A stretch of 64,000 nucleotides of DNA from positions 3,226-67,225 of the forward strand of contig MFJL01000026.1 of the NCBI GenBank assembly GCA_001779195.1. Reading direction: 5' to 3'. The DNA is from Candidatus Gottesmanbacteria bacterium RIFCSPHIGHO2_02_FULL_39_11 (GTDB lineage: Bacteria > Patescibacteriota > Microgenomatia > 2-02-FULL-39-11). Every line of letters begins with the position of its first letter. Position 1 is the stretch's first letter. Below the pieces are notes generated by a model. That model was given only the letters and a program-made list of their open reading frames with translations. It was not told the origin of the DNA and ran no database searches. Position numbers and translations under genes: made by a program. This document shows, in pieces, positions 1-8,639 of this stretch.

Positions 1-7
1 TTCTCAG

Positions 8-841
8 ATGTTTTATTTTAGAGCTCCCAGATCTCCGGGAAGTGCTGCAACTTTAAAAGTAAGCGGACTTATAAATATTCCGCAGAAGCCAGGGAATTAT
101 CCGGTCGTTGTAATGCTGCGGGGGTATATTCCCCGGGAAACGTATAAACCGGGAATCGGATCACAGCCTAGTGCACAAGTCTTTGCAAAAAACGGATTTA
201 TCACACTTTCTCCTGATTTTTTAGGGTACGGAGAATCGGCAAGTTCCTCGGCAAACCCGTTTGAGGAAAGGTTTCAAACATATACGACTGCTTTGAGTTT
301 GCTCTCATCACTGACACATTTAAACACGGGACTGGATGCTAGCTATTCAGGAAATATAACTGCGGATTTGACCAAGATCGGTATTTGGGGACACAGTAAC
401 GGAGGACATATCGCTTTATCTGTATTGGCCATAAGCGGAATGGCCTATCCTACAGTACTGTGGGCACCGGTTTCTCAGTCATTCCCCTATTCCATTCTCT
501 ATTATACGGACGAGTATGATGACGGTGGAAAAGCACTTCGGAAAGTTCTTTCTAATTTCGAACAGGAGTATGACACGGATATGTTCTCACCTTCCCGGTA
601 CTACTCGTGGATTAAAGCTCCTCTTCAAATCCATCAGGGGCTTTCTGACCGTGAAGTTCTGCCCTGGTGGTCTCTCGATCTTACAAAAATACTGAAGAAA
701 AATGATATCGACGTAACATATTTAACTTACCCAAACGCCGATCATAATTTACTTCCGAGCGGATGGACAAATGCAGTCCAAAGCAGTATTAATTTTTACA
801 ACGATCATTTTTACAAAAAATTTGGTATAATCTTACCATAA
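8..841 (+). CDS. alpha/beta-hydrolase fold protein (dienelactone hydrolase / S9 peptidase-like esterase)
   Basis: 277-aa ORF with nucleophile-elbow motif GHSNGG (G-x-S-x-G) and later D/H residues typical of alpha/beta hydrolases. May be 5'-truncated at the window edge. Confidence 0.5.
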   Translation: MFYFRAPRSPGSAATLKVSGLINIPQKPGNYPVVVMLRGYIPRETYKPGIGSQPSAQVFAKNGFITLSPDFLGYGESASSSANPFEERFQTYTTALSLLSSLTHLNTGLDASYSGNITADLTKIGIWGHSNGGHIALSVLAISGMAYPTVLWAPVSQSFPYSILYYTDEYDDGGKALRKVLSNFEQEYDTDMFSPSRYYSWIKAPLQIHQGLSDREVLPWWSLDLTKILKKNDIDVTYLTYPNADHNLLPSGWTNAVQSSINFYNDHFYKKFGIILP

Positions 842-865
842 TTGGTAAAGCGTTTGAGTTTATAC

Positions 866-900
866 CGCTCTTTCCGATCCCGATTTAATCGGGAGCGGAT
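866..900. repeat. nested GC-containing hairpin (ccgctc..tcccgat-ttaa-atcggga..gagcgg)
   Basis: Perfect inverted repeat tcccgat/atcggga nested in ccgctc/gagcgg, seen directly; it sits downstream of the hydrolase stop. Confidence 0.5.
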
Positions 901-903
901 TAG

Positions 904-936
904 CACTGTAAAATTTTTAAAAAAAATTTTACAGTG
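904..936. promoter_or_regulatory. 33-bp palindrome cactgtaaaa-N13(AT)-ttttacagtg, copy 1 of 2
   Basis: Perfect 10-bp inverted arms seen in sequence; a near-identical copy lies at 8290-8322 in the copper-operon promoter. It contains TGTA/TACA half sites. Confidence 0.5.
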
Positions 937-1124
937 TAAAAGAGGTTTCCCGCTAAACGATTCTTGAAAAAGAGCGCAGCATATGATAAATATGACGGAA
1001 GGACACCGTAGAAATAATCCAAAGTGTGTCGTAGTTAAACGGAGCACTAATAAGAATCTTAATCGATTGAAGCAAGGTGGTACCACGAGTTAACCTCGTC
1101 CTTGTCAAAGGAGGAGGTTTTTTT

Positions 1125-1937
1125 GTGGAAAATTCAGAAAGAAAAATACATTTAGATCAAGAAGAAACAGAGAAATTTATTTCTCAAAAAATTATTGTCA
1201 AAATCGGAAGCAGCACCATTACCGGAGGAAGAGAAGCACTGGATACTGCCTTTATATCTGATATTGCCCGCCAGATAAGCTACCTTAAAAAAAAGAATTT
1301 GAATGTGGCAATCGTCTCATCCGGAGCAGTTGCATGCGGAAAACACAGAGTTTCAAATTACGATGGGAGTATCCTCAGCCGTCAGCGTGCAGCAGCCAGA
1401 GGACAAAGAATCCTCATCCAAAAATGGGCAGATGCATTTGAAACCTATGGTATGGAAGTTGATCAAATACTGATTAATGATGACAACTTTCCTTCCGCAA
1501 AAAATCTTCTGAATTCTCTTCTTGCCGATCCTGTAGGTATTCCAATAATAAATGCAAATGACGCGGTAAGTGATCATGAGATGAAACAACTTTTAATTTC
1601 TGCCGATAATGATAGACTGGCTGGTTTTGTTGCCGGAGCAGTAGGAGCAGATACCGTATTTTTACTGAGTGATGTTGATGGAATTAAAGATAGAGAAGGT
1701 AATATTGTACCAACTATATATACTCATAATTACTCAGGAGAAAATATAATTTTTAGGGGAAGATCAGAAACCGGAACAGGAGGAATGGAATCAAAACATC
1801 AAGTTGCAATGGAATTAGCAGAGCAAAATATGAGAGTTGTCATCGGAAACGGAAGAGAAGAAAATATTCTGATAAGAGGAGCAAAGGGTGAAAGTGTGGG
1901 GACTTTATACTTCGCACCCTCCTCCACCTTGCAGTGA
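1125..1937 (+). CDS. proB: glutamate 5-kinase (ProB, no PUA domain)
   Basis: Motifs KIGSSTITGG, IVSSGAVACG, IPIINANDAVS, ADNDRLAG, GTGGMESK and VGTLY match the amino-acid kinase/ProB signature blocks. A GTG start at 1125 follows an AAAGGAGGAGG SD with 8-nt spacing; the ORF track begins at 1077. Confidence 0.8.
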   Translation: MENSERKIHLDQEETEKFISQKIIVKIGSSTITGGREALDTAFISDIARQISYLKKKNLNVAIVSSGAVACGKHRVSNYDGSILSRQRAAARGQRILIQKWADAFETYGMEVDQILINDDNFPSAKNLLNSLLADPVGIPIINANDAVSDHEMKQLLISADNDRLAGFVAGAVGADTVFLLSDVDGIKDREGNIVPTIYTHNYSGENIIFRGRSETGTGGMESKHQVAMELAEQNMRVVIGNGREENILIRGAKGESVGTLYFAPSSTLQ

Positions 1938-1946
1938 GATTTGCGT

Positions 1947-2771
1947 TTATTTTGAAGTTTTTTTACTTTCATGTTTTGCTACCTTTAGCATGAACCAAAC
2001 TAACAAGATTATCCCCATAAGAACAGCAATATCTAATAGGGGATTTGAAAGTTTTGAAGACAGGTTGAAAATAAATGTCCGAAGATTTTTGGCATAAGCC
2101 TCGTTTTCATCCATTATGATCTTATCGGTAAGCGCCATATAAGCGATAATAACTGATGACACCATAAAGAGAACACTTGCTGCCAGTTTTAAGGGTTTTT
2201 CTGTTTTGCTTTTTATCTTATACAGATACTGATTGGTAAGCTTTTCATAAAATAAGGATAGAAAAAAAAGAGGAAAGACTATTCCTAAAACGTAGACAAA
2301 TGAAACGATAAGAGAAGTAAGAATTGTCGGGGATAAGGATGATAGAGTAATTGCTGCAAATAGGACAGGGGCACAGCAGGATGAAGTAATGCCAGAAAAA
2401 AGTCCTAATACATAGGTCGAGAAAACGGTCGTTTTGGTTGGCATGGTAAAGTGAGGAAGCGGTAGCATCAGTTTGGTATCAAAAAGGGTCATTAACCCCA
2501 GAAGAAACATAAGAAGAGCTCCTAATAAGTAGGTAGTAGTATGAAACTGGTCAAACACCGAGACAATGATTTTCATGCCAAGCGCAACCGGAACGAGTAT
2601 CGAGCCTAAGCCTAGAGCGAATACTAGTGTCAGAAGAACAATCCGTTTCCTTTCCTTAAAAATAGTACCTAAATAGGAAGGAAATAAAAAAGTGATACAG
2701 CAGGGGGCAAAAAGGGCTACCATTCCGCCTAAAAAAGATGCCGTTAGTGATACTCCGAAAAGTGCAGTCAT
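1947..2771 (-). CDS. ccdA: cytochrome c biogenesis / thiol-disulfide transporter CcdA (DsbD TM-domain family)
   Basis: Polytopic membrane protein with paired-Cys motifs (APCCITF, SSCCAPV) and CcdA-like topology. It is the last gene of the copper operon. Confidence 0.55.
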   Translation of the reverse strand: MTALFGVSLTASFLGGMVALFAPCCITFLFPSYLGTIFKERKRIVLLTLVFALGLGSILVPVALGMKIIVSVFDQFHTTTYLLGALLMFLLGLMTLFDTKLMLPLPHFTMPTKTTVFSTYVLGLFSGITSSCCAPVLFAAITLSSLSPTILTSLIVSFVYVLGIVFPLFFLSLFYEKLTNQYLYKIKSKTEKPLKLAASVLFMVSSVIIAYMALTDKIIMDENEAYAKNLRTFIFNLSSKLSNPLLDIAVLMGIILLVWFMLKVAKHESKKTSK

Positions 2772-2773
2772 AA

Positions 2774-3286
2774 CTAGTTTACATTCGCCTTAACGGTAAA
2801 ATTCAACCTCGGATTATTCGGGTCATTTGTCTCCATAAACACGTCACGACTTACCTCTCCTTTAACCGGCATGATAAAAGGACGATATATAACAGATAAA
2901 GTTGCTTTCTTCCCCGGAGCAATTGTTCCAACCCATGGATTTTTGGAGTGCATGGAGAATTCAGGACTTACTTTCCCATCGATGGTTATCTGACCATAAG
3001 TACAATCACACGATGAGCTTATCTTAAAAAGGGAAAGAGGTTTCAGGCCGTTATTAACGATCGTAAATTCTGCAGATTTCTCATCTTTAACATTCATATT
3101 TCCTAGATCGGAAAAGAAAGATGATACGCTCGCCTCCGGCTTCTCTTTATCGTTTGCTCTGTAACTGGTTATATTGGAAGCTGCCTGGCTCTGTTTTCCT
3201 TCATTAATGGAAAAAAGAACAATGAGTACCAAAAGAAGCACGGTAATTCCGCCAATAATGTAAAAAACTAGCTTGTCCGTACCCAT
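2774..3286 (-). CDS. DUF1573-like membrane-anchored beta-sandwich protein
   Basis: N-terminal TM helix followed by a soluble domain with an SCDCT motif resembling the DUF1573 SCGCT signature. The assignment is inferred from memory of that family. Confidence 0.35.
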   Translation of the reverse strand: MGTDKLVFYIIGGITVLLLVLIVLFSINEGKQSQAASNITSYRANDKEKPEASVSSFFSDLGNMNVKDEKSAEFTIVNNGLKPLSLFKISSSCDCTYGQITIDGKVSPEFSMHSKNPWVGTIAPGKKATLSVIYRPFIMPVKGEVSRDVFMETNDPNNPRLNFTVKANVN

Positions 3287-3288
3287 AT

Positions 3289-6246
3289 TTACTTTCCGGA
3301 GCTGACTCGGACATTTGACATCGGTTTTTCAGGTGTTGCCATGGTTGAGCTAATTTTGGCAAATCCGGCAAAGATTAAACTAAAAATAATAATCATGACA
3401 GTAGGAGCAATAAATGATAGGTAGTTTCTGCGGTGCGGCTGAAAATAGCGTAGAGTCAGAGAATTACTAACCACTGATACAGACGACAAGGCCATAGCAA
3501 GTCCGGCAAGTTCCGGTTTGAGCACCAGTCCGGCAAATGCCAGCGCTCGTGCTGCAACCGGAATTCCAATCACATTGTAAAACAGGGCAAAGAACATATT
3601 CTGTTTGATTTTACCCATCGTTTCTTTTGATAAGTTAATTGCTGTCGCGACATCTCTTAAATCATTTTTTACAATGACAATTCCCCCCGCTTCCATAGCC
3701 ACATCGGTTCCAGAACCCATAGCAATTCCTAAATCTGCTTGTGCTAGAGCCGGAGCATCATTAATACCGTCTCCGACCATGGCAACCGTCTTACTTTGTT
3801 CCTGAAGTTTCTTCACCTCGCTTGCCTTATCCTGAGGCAATACTTCTGCAAGAACATTGGTTATTCCTAATTGTTTGGCTATAGCTTCTGCCGTTTTCCG
3901 GTTATCGCCCGTTATCATATAGACAGCTATATTCTTTGCTGTTAGTTTTTGAATGGCTTCCCGGGATGTCTCTTTGAGAGTATCCGCAACGGCAACAGTA
4001 CCTATAATTTCTTTGTTGTTGGAAAGAAGCATTACCGTTTTTCCTTGTTCCTCAAGTCGTACTACTTTTCTGTCGACTCTATCAATTGGTAAGCCGACAA
4101 CATCAGTTGTCAGTTTTCTATTTCCAAAATAATACGTTTCACCGTTAATAACCCCTTGTACTCCGTGTCCGGCAATTGCCTTAAACTGCTCGACTCCGGA
4201 TGTTTTTATCGATTCTTCATTTGCATAAGTTACGATTGCCTCAGCCAAAGGATGCTCAGAAGAACGCTCAAGACTTGCTGCAAGAGAAAGAACATCGTTC
4301 TCATCAAAGTCAGAAAAGCAATCGACGTCAGTAACTACAGGCTTACCGTTTGTCAGTGTGCCCGTCTTATCAAAAATTACAACATTCACCTTACAAGCCT
4401 TTTCAAGCGGCTCACCGCCTTTTATTAATATGCCGTGTTCAGCACCTTTTCCGGTTCCTACCATAAGAGCGGTTGGAGTTGCCAGTCCCAACGCGCATGG
4501 ACAGGCGATGACTATCACTGCCGTAAATGCCATAAGTGCATAGGAAAGCGGTGCACCGATTACAAAAAACCATACAACAAAGGTAAGAAGTGCAATCGCA
4601 ATTACAGCCGGGACAAAGTATGCTGATATTTTATCGGCGAAAGCTTGAATAGGAGCTTTGCTTCCTTGAGCTTCTTCAATAAGTCTGATTATCTGAGACA
4701 ATGTTGTTTCCGATCCCACACGGGTTGCTTCAAATTCAAAACTGCCCATCTTATTCATAGTAGCGCCAATAACTGTATCACCAATATTTTTCTCAACCGG
4801 GATACTTTCACCGGTTACCATGGACTCGTCAATACTTGATGAACCCTTTATTATTTTCCCGTCAACTGGTATCTTTTCACCCGGTCTAACCAAAATAACA
4901 TCTCCTTTAACTACTTCATCAATCGGTATATCTAGCGTTTGATTGCCGCGCACCACTCGTGCAGTTTTTGCCTGAAGACCCATCAGCTTTTTTATGGCGT
5001 CTGATGTCTGTCCTTTAGCACGAAGTTCGAGCCATTTTCCTAAAAGAACAAAGGTAATAAGAAATGCCGCTGTTTCAAAATACAGTTCAGGAATTTTTTC
5101 TCCGTTTAGACCAATAAATGAACCGGTCCTAAGACTGTAGAATAGAAAATTATAGATACTGTATAGAAATGCAGTTGACGTTCCGATTGCTATAAGACTG
5201 TCCATATTAAACGTCTTCATACGAAGAGCAGATATCATTCCTTTATAGAAACTGTTTCCTAAGAAGATTTGGACCGGTGAGGCAAGAAGAAAAGAGATAG
5301 CTCCTACATACGGAAGTAAAATAGTCTTTCCCGGAATGAAAGGGAAGAAGTCAAAAAGCATAAAGTAGAGCATGGGAAAACTTAGCACAAAACCCATAAT
5401 GAATTTATTACGGGCTTTTTTTATTTCTTTCTGCCTTTTTTTTGACTCGAAAGTAGCATCTTTCTGATTGACAATTTCCGCTTTATATCCTGCTCTCTCC
5501 ACGGCCTTAATCAGTAAGTCAACAGACGTTTTTGCTAGGTTAAAATCAACGAGAGCTTTTTCTGCCGCGAAGTTGACATTTGCCTGCGATACGCCATCTA
5601 CTTTTTTTAAGGATCTCTCGATAATTGCCGCACAGGAGGAACAGTGCATCCCTGAAAGGGATAGATTGACTCTTGTAGTTTGAGATGCAATATTTTCCTG
5701 TTTTTGTATGCTTTTATTTTCTCTATCTTTCCCAATTTCAGGTGTATTTGCAGAAGATGTGATTCCGTCAAAAAGTCTGATTACATCAAGTGAAGAGACA
5801 AGATTCTCTAAATACTCCTTAGACGTTTTTTGATTTTCCGGAACAGATACCTTTACTTGGCGGTTGTTCTTGAGCACTCCTTCAAAATACGATTTACCTT
5901 CAGGATCTTGTCGTACTTTTCCTTCGGCTACGATTTCCGATTCCAATGAAAACTTAAGAGGTTTTCCTGTTGGAATAACTTCTTGCTCTATATTCATTCC
6001 ATTTCCCAATACAGCATTCCCATTTCCGTTACTTTCAACTTTCGCTTCATATCCGGCACGAGCAATGGCAGAAACAATATTCCGTAATGATCCGTCATTA
6101 TCATCTGCTACCAGACTGGCAGCACCTGTTTTATGATCGATGGATCTCACCTGTACCCCAGGAATTTCCGACAGTTCATCTTTAATAAGAGCTTCACATG
6201 AACTACAATGCATTCCCGAGATAGTAAAGTTTATGTTTGTTGTCAT
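3289..6246 (-). CDS. copA: copper-translocating P1B-type ATPase with multiple N-terminal HMA domains
   Basis: HMA motifs GMHCSSC (x2), TM CPC motif [11 protein letters not shown], phosphorylation site FDKTGTLT, hinge [10 protein letters not shown]; 985 aa. Confidence 0.9.
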   Translation of the reverse strand: MTTNINFTISGMHCSSCEALIKDELSEIPGVQVRSIDHKTGAASLVADDNDGSLRNIVSAIARAGYEAKVESNGNGNAVLGNGMNIEQEVIPTGKPLKFSLESEIVAEGKVRQDPEGKSYFEGVLKNNRQVKVSVPENQKTSKEYLENLVSSLDVIRLFDGITSSANTPEIGKDRENKSIQKQENIASQTTRVNLSLSGMHCSSCAAIIERSLKKVDGVSQANVNFAAEKALVDFNLAKTSVDLLIKAVERAGYKAEIVNQKDATFESKKRQKEIKKARNKFIMGFVLSFPMLYFMLFDFFPFIPGKTILLPYVGAISFLLASPVQIFLGNSFYKGMISALRMKTFNMDSLIAIGTSTAFLYSIYNFLFYSLRTGSFIGLNGEKIPELYFETAAFLITFVLLGKWLELRAKGQTSDAIKKLMGLQAKTARVVRGNQTLDIPIDEVVKGDVILVRPGEKIPVDGKIIKGSSSIDESMVTGESIPVEKNIGDTVIGATMNKMGSFEFEATRVGSETTLSQIIRLIEEAQGSKAPIQAFADKISAYFVPAVIAIALLTFVVWFFVIGAPLSYALMAFTAVIVIACPCALGLATPTALMVGTGKGAEHGILIKGGEPLEKACKVNVVIFDKTGTLTNGKPVVTDVDCFSDFDENDVLSLAASLERSSEHPLAEAIVTYANEESIKTSGVEQFKAIAGHGVQGVINGETYYFGNRKLTTDVVGLPIDRVDRKVVRLEEQGKTVMLLSNNKEIIGTVAVADTLKETSREAIQKLTAKNIAVYMITGDNRKTAEAIAKQLGITNVLAEVLPQDKASEVKKLQEQSKTVAMVGDGINDAPALAQADLGIAMGSGTDVAMEAGGIVIVKNDLRDVATAINLSKETMGKIKQNMFFALFYNVIGIPVAARALAFAGLVLKPELAGLAMALSSVSVVSNSLTLRYFQPHRRNYLSFIAPTVMIIIFSLIFAGFAKISSTMATPEKPMSNVRVSSGK

Positions 6247-6249
6247 ATC

Positions 6250-6465
6250 TTATGCTTCTAAAACGGTATAGGGCATACCCGACAGTGCAGTGATAATATC
6301 GGACACTTTCAACTCATTGCTGCTTGTTATCGTCGTTTCTCCGTTATTGTTTTTAATCGCCACATCTGTAACTCCTGTAAGCCTTCCCACTTTTTTCTTA
6401 ATCAATTTGACACAAGCTTCGCAGGTTATCCCTGAAATTTTTAAAGTTAAAGTGTAATTATTCAT
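6250..6465 (-). CDS. copZ: copper chaperone (HMA domain protein, CopZ-like)
   Basis: 71 aa with GITCEACV metal-binding motif; its start overlaps copA. Confidence 0.8.
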   Translation of the reverse strand: MNNYTLTLKISGITCEACVKLIKKKVGRLTGVTDVAIKNNNGETTITSSNELKVSDIITALSGMPYTVLEA

Positions 6466-8228
6466 AGAACTTTGATAACTCCCCGTGGTACACCCATTGC
6501 ACAGGTAATAGGATAATTTCCTTTTCCATTCGGGGTGAAATTGAAGGTAATTGTTTTACCTTTCGCCAAATATTGAGGATCATCTACCAGTCTTGGAATA
6601 GTTATGGTTCCCATGCACCCCGACCCGTTATCTTTAACATCTATTTCCATCCTTACCGGTGTTCCAGCTTTTACAGAAAACTCATTAGGAGAAATATCCC
6701 GGTCAGCAGTATATGTTGTTTTTATAACCTGTACGGCACCTTCCCGTTTTGCTTCTTGGGCAACAACGGGTTGTTGGACAGCTTGTTTTGCCCCTCCTCC
6801 ACAACCGCAACCGCCCGTCCCGCATGATACTCCGCTTTTTGCCGGCGGTGCCTGCGCAACTGCATCCGTACTTTTTTCAACTACATTAAAAACTCCCGTA
6901 TACATGCCCATACTGCATGAGAAAGGCAATCTTCCAACGTCTGTTGGGGTAAATTCTATGGTATTGTCACCTAATTCAAGATTTTTCCGTATGCCAAGGC
7001 GGGATATAATGATGGCACTGGCACACGTATTAGAATCAGTTGAGTTGATTTCCCATTTCACCGGAACATCTTTTACGACAGTAAATATATTCGGATTATA
7101 TCCGTTTGCCGACTGCGTCATCTTAACGACTTGAAAACCATCCACAATAGTATTGACAGAAGATGCAGCCAATACATTCTGATTAGAAGAAAAAAGATAT
7201 GCAGGAGATAATCCCATCAAATTTAATCCGTTTTGAGCATTGAAAAACGCTAGTATTGTAACGACAACACCGGCAAATTTGAAGAATTTTTGGGCAAAAT
7301 ATCCTTTGATGACGGATGTCACTCCTCCGACACCTAATAATCCGGGAGCAGTACCCAAAGCAAAAATACCCATGATGGTGGCCCCTCTGATAAAACTGCC
7401 GCTACTCATAGCCAAAAGCTGCATCGCTTGGGTAAAACCGCAGGGAAGAAAAAAAGTCAATCCGCCCAGGATGAATGCATTTTTATGACTGTATTCTTTA
7501 TTCTGCTGCTCTTTTATCCCCAACGCCTTACTTATTCCTGTTGGAAGAGTGAAATGGGCATTGCTGATCCTGGGAAACAGTCCGGTAAGTTGCAATCCGA
7601 GCATCAACATAACCAGAGCTACTCCCAAGGTAAGAAGACCTAAACCAAAGCCAGATAGCTGAAAAAATGATCCGATTAGGCCAATAACACCGCCCAGTAT
7701 TACGTAAGAGGTGATTCTTCCGAAATTAAAAAAAAGATGGGGTTTAAATTTTTCATACACTGATGCATTAGGATTTTTTTCTGAAAAACGGGCAGATACC
7801 CCAAGCACCAGACCTCCCACAAGCGCCATGCAGGTAGAGAGACCTGCGGTTATTCCTATCAGGAATATGGGTATCAGACCGGACGGACGGGAAATAGAAG
7901 TACTGAATAATTTGTTTAAACCAAATATATCGACAAGAATAAAAAGAAAGGAAAGCACAATAACTGAAATGATAATATCTTTGTAGTCATTAATGTTTTT
8001 AGAAAAAAGCGGTTTTTCCTCCTCGTAACCAACTTGATACCCTGCCCGCTCTACTGACTGTATAATTGTGCCATCATTTAAGTAGTTTTCGTGATAAAGT
8101 TCTGCACATTTTTTCCGCTGGGAAACGGTAACTTTTTTCACTCCGGGGATGTCTTTTAATTCATCCTCAATTAAAAGTTCGCAGGATCTGCAGTGCATTC
8201 CTTGAATTGGAACAGTAGTGATTCTCAT
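6462..8228 (-). CDS. fusion protein: N-terminal HMA domain, polytopic permease-like membrane domain, Cys/Gly-rich linker, two C-terminal cupredoxin-like domains
   Basis: N-terminal GMHCRSC HMA motif; ~8 predicted TM helices (TauE/SafE- or CcdA-like); GCGCGGG linker. Two tandem beta-rich repeats end in C..M motifs (SCSMGM, TCAMG) reminiscent of cupredoxin/CopC-like copper sites. Confidence 0.5.
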   Translation of the reverse strand: MRITTVPIQGMHCRSCELLIEDELKDIPGVKKVTVSQRKKCAELYHENYLNDGTIIQSVERAGYQVGYEEEKPLFSKNINDYKDIIISVIVLSFLFILVDIFGLNKLFSTSISRPSGLIPIFLIGITAGLSTCMALVGGLVLGVSARFSEKNPNASVYEKFKPHLFFNFGRITSYVILGGVIGLIGSFFQLSGFGLGLLTLGVALVMLMLGLQLTGLFPRISNAHFTLPTGISKALGIKEQQNKEYSHKNAFILGGLTFFLPCGFTQAMQLLAMSSGSFIRGATIMGIFALGTAPGLLGVGGVTSVIKGYFAQKFFKFAGVVVTILAFFNAQNGLNLMGLSPAYLFSSNQNVLAASSVNTIVDGFQVVKMTQSANGYNPNIFTVVKDVPVKWEINSTDSNTCASAIIISRLGIRKNLELGDNTIEFTPTDVGRLPFSCSMGMYTGVFNVVEKSTDAVAQAPPAKSGVSCGTGGCGCGGGAKQAVQQPVVAQEAKREGAVQVIKTTYTADRDISPNEFSVKAGTPVRMEIDVKDNGSGCMGTITIPRLVDDPQYLAKGKTITFNFTPNGKGNYPITCAMGVPRGVIKVL

Positions 8229-8289
8229 AAAATATCTATACCCATCTTACTCAGGTTTGCAACTAGAATAGTTGCAATAGCTCACTTAG

Positions 8290-8322
8290 CACTGTAAAAT
8301 TTTTTAAAAAAAATTTACAGTG
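8290..8322. promoter_or_regulatory. palindrome cactgtaaaa-AT-ttttacagtg, copy 2, ~65 nt upstream of the copper operon start
   Basis: Near-identical to 904-936. It is followed upstream by a second perfect palindrome tactgaaaaa-ggcg-tttttcagta (8336-8359) and a direct repeat ttttcagtatat (8351-8362, 8393-8404). Confidence 0.55.
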
Positions 8323-8639
8323 TAAAATGGGTTTATACTGAAAAAGGCGTTTTTCAGTATATATGCTGGAAAAACATATTTCAACCTCGAGTTTTTTCAG
8401 TATATTAGGTAATTTTAGTAATAACGACTATCTTACCAATACAGTTATTAAGATTTTATGAGTACCGGGCACAAAAAATTTATTCGTATTATTTCCTTTC
8501 CTTTTTCGTGATCTCCTTGGCGAAATAAATGATACCGAGAATAAGAAAAACAATAACTAATAACCATATCAGTGAACCAAATATTCCCCAGCCAGACATC
8601 ATATTTGAGTAATATCCCATCATAATAAGCCACCTCCTT

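Noticed and set aside
811-1086. Minus-strand 91-aa ORF spanning the palindrome/hairpin region
   Set aside because: It runs through the AT-rich palindromes, has no RBS or motif, and is more parsimoniously non-coding regulatory DNA.
3605-6136. Several 60-90-aa plus-strand ORFs (3605-3805, 4156-4428, 4358-4543, 4435-4626, 4645-4839, 5468-5683, 5864-6136)
   Set aside because: All lie antisense inside the well-supported copA gene; they have no motifs and are typical spurious antisense ORFs.
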